Below are positions 55,641-64,000 of a stretch of DNA of 64,000 bases, piece by piece. Within the stretch, counting starts at the first letter, position 1; each line of letters starts with the position of its first letter. The translations under genes were made by a program, and so were the position numbers. The DNA comes from Octopus sinensis (taxonomy: Eukaryota), in the NCBI RefSeq assembly GCF_006345805.1, contig NC_043011.1, positions 65,112,464 through 65,176,463 on the forward strand. The letters run 5' to 3'. The notes beneath the pieces were generated by a model, which made no database searches, was not told the DNA's origin, and worked only from the letters and a program-made list of their open reading frames with translations.

Positions 55641-57021
55641 CATTAGAGGTTTCCCTATCTATCTACCATATTTCGCTGATATTCCATTTGAAACATTGGA
55701 AACTGTAAATAGCAACTGGAAATGTGATTACATTTATGCCTAGCCACTTGTACGTGGACTTAACTCGGATTAAGCTTATATCCGCTGGAGGGTATATCAG
55801 CCGAAACATTGTGTTAACAACAAAAAAGATGAGGACACATATCCGTCCAATATGGATAACGTAAATGGTGTAATAAAGTCTCATATTACGAATATTATTT
55901 ATGAATATTACGAATATAAAATATATATTTATGTAATAGATGAGCTGATATTCATACTGAATTAGTTTTTCGCTGGAAACAATTAGCAAGGTTGAACAAA
56001 AACAACTTTAAATTACATAGATAGAATGGTAGGTTTTTTTTCTAATTAAAAAGGTAAATATAACGCATGATAACAATAGGAGTTTTGCATGGGAAAAATA
56101 GACTGGAACGAAAAATGCGGGTTCTGTATCGGAGGATATTCTTAAGCATTCGACCTTGATAATTACAAGATTATATAATTATATAACCCTGTGAAATTAC
56201 GCCAAAAGAAGAAAGTAAACTAAAGATATTTCAGCTGTATTTAGATTTGCGAAAGAAATTCCTGAAATTATTGTGTGAATACTATGTGCAATGTGGTGGG
56301 TGTTACTGTTCTAGTCGTGTACTCTATTGAGGCTCGGTCTGTCCGCAGATATGTGTATAGCCTCTGTAATCTGTCGAGGTGTCGAGTCTGTTCTATGCGT
56401 TGAAAGTACTTTAACCACATTTCCGTTCGAGTCATCGGACAGCAGCAAAGCCATGGAGTGATGGGACTTGGATGAGGGTAAATTAACACTGCTGTTAAAA
56501 TTAATGACACGCACTCAATCATACACACACGTACACACAAACACACACACACACAAGACACAAACGCAGGTGAACATAAGGATACACATCTTAGAAGAAC
56601 ACAATAGTATAAGAGGAGAAAGAAGACGCACGAAAACGAAAAGTGGCCACAGATGTGTGACGAAAACCAAGCGGTCACACATGTGTAACGAAAGATATCA
56701 GGACAATAGACAGGAGTTAAAATAATAAAATAAGAACAGTGAGAAACATGTGGAGAAATATCTGTATAGTGAGTGTTTTATTTGGGAAAAGAAATGACCA
56801 TCTCGAAATAGAACAATGTGTATGTTTGAGAGATTGTAAGTAAAAATATCAGTACTGAAGACGAACTGTACCAAGCAGAATAAAATAGCAGTACAATCGT
56901 TTCGGCTTCGGACTGTGGGTGTGGTATGATGTAATAACACCAGATGCAACTCACAGTTCTGTAGGCCCTATTCAGGCGATATAACATGCGTTTAAGTTTT
57001 ACCTTTCGGTTTTGTTTCCAG

Positions 57022-57146
<125 letters not shown>

Positions 57147-58801
57147 CAGTACAGATCCATTTGTTACAGCGAGGAAGATTTGATTATTAGGAAACTAAAA
57201 AGATAAATACACAAACTATCAAGCATGAATCAGGGTGGGGATGTTTAAATTTGTAATGAAGAACCATTTGATAGTTAAATAAAACGTAAATATTTCTAAG
57301 TATATGGTGTATATGGAGGGACAAGAGAATGAAAACCTCCAGCGCGTGTAAGCTTTTGAAATATGACTGGGGCAATCAAGGAGAACACCATGGTTAGATT
57401 AAGGCAATTAGAATTTGTAGAGCCGTACCTTTACGCTCATGCACAGACACACACACACGGGTATACTCGCACGCACATACATATGCGCAAACATATATAT
57501 GCATTTAAGCACACACATAGAGACACACTCACACGTGTACATGCACACATAAAGACACACAAAAGTATATATAGAAATATGTCTCTGTACACACAGACAA
57601 ACGTGAAAGCTCACGCTCCCACTTCTACACAAATATACACATGGATACAGCCCCGTGCTTGCGAGCTCTCACTCATATACGCTCACATATTCACATATAA
57701 GAAAATATTTTTACACCCATCCCGTTGGCAGATATACAAACTTAAAATTTCCATCTTAGAGTACAGCAGAAATTTAGGGATCTTACATCTGAACATGATA
57801 TGCAATATTTCAGCCAAAATGTCTACATTTAGCCGTATTCTTTAAGGGGGCAAATCGATAGATATAGCGATATTTATATTCACTATCACATAAGCCAATA
57901 TAGGCCTTCGTATAATACGTATTATTTGTTAGGAAGGCAGTAACGTTTGCCTCATATATGATAGATTTAGTCATGCATCATTGGTCAATTAGACGTGGTC
58001 CTGTAGTGCGAAATTTGCAACTAGATTTTAGCTATTGCAATTGAGCACATGTAAATATATTCTCTATATTGGGGCACTCTATTATCAGTTAGATTATCAC
58101 TAAGAAGTATCCTAGACATAGGCAAAGGAGAATTATTTGATTCACCACCCATATTGCCCGAAATGGAAAACGAACTTAGGTAAAGGATTGTTGTCATTCT
58201 TAGACAAACACATTCCAGCAACTCCCAGTGAGAGAAAATATTTAATTGGTGTCGGGTAACACTATCTGCTGCCACAATATGAAGACTATCATTACAGGTG
58301 GTCAATACCAAGAGCCTGAATCCAGTAGTAATTGTCGCCACGAATAATCCGGTTCACTTAAACAACAATGTATGATGAAATCTATCGTTTAAGTGGCAGA
58401 GGTTAGTGCAACCGTAAATAATAATAATAAAATTGAGAAAAATGCGAATTAAAAGTAACACTTTAACTCTAGTCGAAACAGATGCGTCGTATTTTCCAAA
58501 TAAATCCTGAAGATGTTTCTGATTTGGTGCTTATAATATTTTATTACATATAATGTATGACGCAATGTCCAAGAAGGGGAATAAAGGAATAATAATAATA
58601 AAAAACAGGATAAAACATTATGTAGAAAAAGAAGAAAGAGTTGAATTAACGGAAAGTTTGGAAATTCGGAAATAATTTTGAACATTGCCATAGAAAAAAA
58701 TTGAACTTAAATTGTATATATAATTTTGTGTCAGTGTGTGTGAATGAGTTCACGTGTAGAAACTTGTTTCTGTCTATGTATATTCACACTTCTGGTTATA
58801 A

Positions 58802-58988
<187 letters not shown>

Positions 58989-60032
58989 ACGGTGTTCCGT
59001 TAGCTACCGTCTGCAAAACACCCTCAAAAGGCATTGGTCGGACAGAGTCTATAGATGTAATTTGCACAAGCTGAGACTGAACTTCTGTCAGTAGCGCTTT
59101 ACTAAATGCGTTGTACTAATTCAGATACGGCGAACTTCATCTTGCACGTAGGACTATCTTGCGGAACCACTTACACTTACACATGGGAAGCCCCTTTGTA
59201 CAAGCATTCAGTTGTAATAACTAGCAACCAGAACTACAAAAGTATATCGAAGAACAACGAAAGCTGATGCTATCGCAATAGTTCGCCAGCCATAAATTCA
59301 AACTGCAAGCATACAGGAGATTCAATGCCAGGTGACACGTCACCCACGCAGAAGATGCGAACATCCAGGTACCGAAGTCCCCCACCCCCAACCGAAGGCA
59401 ATTACACCATCACAATTATTATACGGATGGTGGTGCTAAAGCATGTGTACTAATCTATCTTTCCCCGTTACATATTGGAAAACTGATAAAAAGAAGCAAA
59501 ATTGTTATGCATTGTTTTCGTTAGTTATTTGTTACAAGGAATCAGTTAAAAGTGATGTTTTAGTGTACAAAATTAGACTTTAGATTTCTGGAGAAATAAT
59601 ACCTTGTATGGTCACCAAGCTTCATACAATTAAAAAAAGATGATCCCCATGAATCTTCACGATTTCCAATACATCAAATTGGATAGATAAAAATCTGCCC
59701 AAACGCTCAGAAATTGTGTTCTATAGAAAACCCAAAAATGATCTCCAGTCAGTTGCCTGAAAGTCTCAAGGTCCAGGTCAAATTTCAGGTCCCTATGCTG
59801 TCACAGCCTAATCGTATCTGTCAGATTCATATCAAATATATATATATATATATTGAGTATATTTAAGAGCAATAAAGAAGAAACAACAATATCAATTTCC
59901 TATGATTTGACAAATATGAAATCACAGTAAATTATTCTAAGTAAGATTCTGATCGTGCCGCATGCAGCGGCGAGGACAGCAGAACAATTGTCTTAAATAT
60001 ACGGAGTGTAACATATGTTATTTTATATTTAC

Positions 60033-60072
<40 letters not shown>

Positions 60073-60158
60073 GTATATTATATTATATATATATATATAT
60101 ACATAACCCATCTTGAAGACAGCTTTTTCATTAAATCCGGTGGTGAAGCAGTAAAATT

Positions 60159-60198
60159 ATGATGAAAATTGTCGCTTTTATTTTTGTTCTCTTAATTT
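60159..60198 (+). CDS. Gene D exon 1: signal peptide MMKIVAFIFVLLI
   Basis: 40 nt, T|gtaagt donor, 3 nt different from gene A exon 1. Confidence 0.85.
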
Positions 60199-62123
60199 GT
60201 AAGTATTTTTTAATTACTATCTCCCTAATTGATCTGACAATAATTTTCAATATATCTCTGTGTTTCAATCAGTGTAAATAACAAAACTCTAGAGCAGCGT
60301 CTATTTATCATAATTCCTCTTTGTAAATATATTTCTCTATCGACTTAAACAAATACACTGTGCGATGAAAAAAAGGTTTTCTTGCTATTTAATCATTTTC
60401 AAAAGATTTGGGGCAATGTTAGGGTGCCGGAGTCGTATCTTGCATCAGTTTTCAGACAACATGCGCAGTTGTTTAGTTATTCAAAGCATATTCGATGCGA
60501 TCGACAATATTCACAAAGTATTAGACTATTTGCTTTCGATTTACATTCATATTCTCATCGCTGGAACAAAAAATAAATTCTGGTAGGAGTAAATATAGGC
60601 TGCGTGTTAAATTGCCACCCAAGATGAGAATTAATTCATTTTTCTTCGTCATCGCTGTCATTATAGTATTGAAGGCGTTCCGAGCGATACAACAGATCGC
60701 TGTGATGAACCAGGATCTTCAAAAAAGTTTTTTCTTTTATTGATTCAACCTAAGTTGAATGATTTAGTCAGACACTCGGGGTAACAAAAAAATGTCAAAA
60801 ATACTGGAATCCAGTTTGAAACAATCAAACCTTTTACAGGATCGTATATAATGCTAGGCGTTTGGAAATCGACACACAGAATTGCATTTTTTTTTACGAA
60901 GAAAGACGAAATTTGCTTTTGTTGTGATGTTGGAGGACTATTATTTGAGACGGGTTCTGGCTATAATCCTGAAGAATGGTGACACTTAATACATTTTAGC
61001 AAAGTAAGCCTAAGACCTGTTTTTCTGAATAATGGCAATTAAAATCATTCAATACCACTAGTACATGCTGTAAGATTAAATGATACTTATGAATCAATGG
61101 TTAAAATTTCGCTCTTGATTATATATTGTGAACACAAGTGTAATATATGCGGGGTCTTGAAAGTTATTGGTTTGCTTCTTGGGTTGCAAATGGGGTATAA
61201 AATTCACCCGTGCATTATGTGCCTTTGGAAAAGCGAGAGGAAAATCATCACTTTGTTCCAAAAAATTGGCCAACGTGAAGTGATTTCAATCAGGGAGATA
61301 CAACGTTAAATAAATCCCTTTAGTTGACCCTCATAAAATTTGCCTTCCTCCCTTACACATTTAAGTTGGCTTGTTTAAGAATTTTGCTAAATCTATGAAT
61401 GAAGATCGTCCACGATTCAATGCAAGTCTCACGCGATTAGAACCAAAAGCTTTAATATGAAAAATATCGCTAAGATTAATTATACACTATTCTCTGTTTC
61501 GCACGTTATTACAGGCCGCGCTTTGTTCTTCAGCAGAGATTCCCATTTGTAAGGTATATTGCAATCACCACACAATGTCGGGAAAAAGCGTGTCAGTAAT
61601 GAAGGAGAAAAACAACTAGTTAGATTAAATCGGTGTCTCCTCTAAGAAATACTGATGTTTTGGAAGAACTTTGGAAACGCCAGTCCAAGGGGAATATATA
61701 TATATATAAATATACTGAAAATATGCAAAAAGAACAAAAGACGTAATGGGTGTATAAAAATATAAAAATGTATCATTCTAAGGTTCCGGAAGTGAGAATC
61801 TTTTACATTTCGATCTTACGCACTTCGACGGAAAGGAACAAATAAATAAACAGGGAGAGAAAATATATTAGGTTCCATGGCAAGCGATTTATCATCGTTA
61901 ATGCCGGACAAAGGAATTACTCCGACTTCCCTTTCCCTTGGCCTTTCCTTTGTCCTCTAATTCAGAAGAGCTCTGCTCAAACGTAATGCTATCTTTCTTT
62001 CCTTCCCTGAGCCTCTGCTAGAACGTTGCATGTACCTCGCCCTGGGGTTGTTTAGTTTTTTCTTCCTGTTTTGGGGTGGAATTAATTATGTGTGTTTACA
62101 CACCCACAAACACACACACACTT

Positions 62124-62163
<40 letters not shown>

Positions 62164-62242
62164 CATAATCTATCGGTCTGTATATACGTGACAGCGTGCC
62201 TATATATGTATGTGTGTGTGCAGATATGTATGTGTATATATG

Positions 62243-62361
<119 letters not shown>

Positions 62362-62486
62362 GTATATACTAATGTTAAATATGAGACCTTCTGTTCTACT
62401 TTCTGCTGGCAATTTAAGTTAGACTGACAGTTTAAATTAAAGATCAATGTAAATTTACGATTTAAAACTTTTCTTTGAAATCCTAG

Positions 62487-62586
62487 GTGTATCAAGTTCC
62501 TGCATTATCGGCATGTGTACAGGTTACTCTGGCTTTCGTTGTGGCACCTCCTATAGCGAAAATGCAGGCGTACGTCCTGCCCAGCG
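62487..62586 (+). CDS. Gene D exon 2: (C)VSSSCIIGMCTGYSGFRCGTSYSENAGVRPAQ(R); exon 3 expected beyond the window end
   Basis: ttttctttgaaatcctag| acceptor, CG|gtaggt donor, 100 nt open frame. Intron 2 homologous to B/C runs off the window. Confidence 0.85.
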
Positions 62587-64000
62587 GTAGGTATGAAAAA
62601 GTAAGAAGGTTACCAGCATTGTTGTCGTTGTGTCACCGTCTATCGTCAAATTGTGTTCTATTATAATTTAATATTAGACAATATATATATATATAAACAT
62701 AGGGTATATAATATATATATATATATATTATATACCCTATGTTTATATATATATATTTTTTTATATATACACTAGTGGAAAAATGGAAAAAATTAGAGAA
62801 GGAGATATAATTTATAGACATTTGTATTTCTAACTCATTATTTTGCGAATGGTATTTTGACTGTTTATTCTATAAACTGTGTTCATTATTTAAAACATTG
62901 TTTGTACGATGTGATTAATAACTAAATATTTTATAATAGAGAAAATATCAATTTTAGAAATTCATCGTGTACAAAATTACAGACAGTTTGCAGTAAAATT
63001 CATAATGTAATATCTGACAACACTCGGACCTTGGTAAACTGATTGACCTAATAATACAAATATTAATATGGTTTAGAAGTGAATATGTAATCATGAAAAT
63101 ACAACAAAATTTTGAAAGCCTGAGGATGCGATTTGTTACATAGGAAAAAAAAGAAAGATTGGAATTGTCTGCTATTATTAGTAACATTAAAGGATCACGC
63201 TTGTTCTCCCATACTCAAGCATCTAAATATGGGAAACCGAAAATCGAGGTTAATCGTTGCCAATGAGCACTAATTTGGACGGATGACAATCTTTATGAAG
63301 AAGCATGCTTGATTGTGCCCTTAGAAAAACAGCAAAAACCACGGAAAACAGGTGTTTTGCAGGAAGGTATGAAACGGAGGCTGCCGTTAAGAGACCTTTT
63401 TAGAACTGCTGCAGGATGTTCTGTGATTGTCCATTTGAAAGATGTCGGTGCTCATGCCTGTTCCCCCGTCACTCATTAATATGATGAACCGAAAAGCGAG
63501 GTTAAGCTTTGCCAAAGAGATCGTAATTTAGATGGATGACAATTGATTCTGTCTGTTCCTCAATGACAAATGCAAGATCAGTTTGTTTGTCTCCGGTAAT
63601 AGGCAGGACATGAGACGGCTGAAAAATGAAGGATTGCTCCCTAAATGCCTGTAGATATGAGTGAAACATTCAGTTAATCTTATAATGATATGGTGAATGG
63701 GTTCTACGGCAGGTGCTGGGCAATTTACCAGGGTCCATACTAATGTGAATGAATCATATATTGAAACATCCAACAAATTACGATAACAAATACTATTCTA
63801 TATTTTCGGCATAACGTGTTACGTACATTATATGCATTGAACGGATAGCTGTCCTCACCTCGTCTCTTCTTACTACAACATCTTGGCAGATGTACTTCCT
63901 AGTATTCATCAGGGTTCTGGTGGAATCTCGAACCGTACTAATTCCGAAGCTATTATTGTTTCTGTTGTTCCTTTTTTTAATAGCGTGAAATCTTATCCAC

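Overview
AT-rich eukaryotic genomic DNA, most likely from an octopod cephalopod. This assignment rests on recall of the repeat types (dense (TA)n/(ATT)n/(CA)n microsatellites, SINE and MITE families, C2H2 HTGxKPY/CDICG motifs), not on a database search. Most of the window is decayed transposons: Tc1, mariner, Tc3/maT-like, Chapaev-like, Penelope-like, RTE and R4/Dong-like LINEs. It is organised as imperfect tandem segmental duplications, with unit starts near 1, 22750 and 50810 and an extra unit near 38500-50810. The main result is a tandem family of four + strand genes with exons too small for the ORF track: A 6454-14993, B 26425-36552, C 38791-47589 and D 60159-beyond 64000. Each has a 40-nt signal-peptide exon, an 82-100-nt hypervariable Cys-containing exon and, in A-C, a conserved last exon encoding a hydrophobic tail. 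The 59-69 aa products fit signal peptide + about 20-aa disulfide peptide + GPI-attachment-like signal. By hand count, exon 2 is far more diverged between paralogs than the neighbouring intron. Also present are a C2H2 zinc-finger pseudogene (about 51645-52280), several long palindromes and an RTE with a 5' inversion. Exon coordinates were counted by hand; transposon boundaries are approximate.
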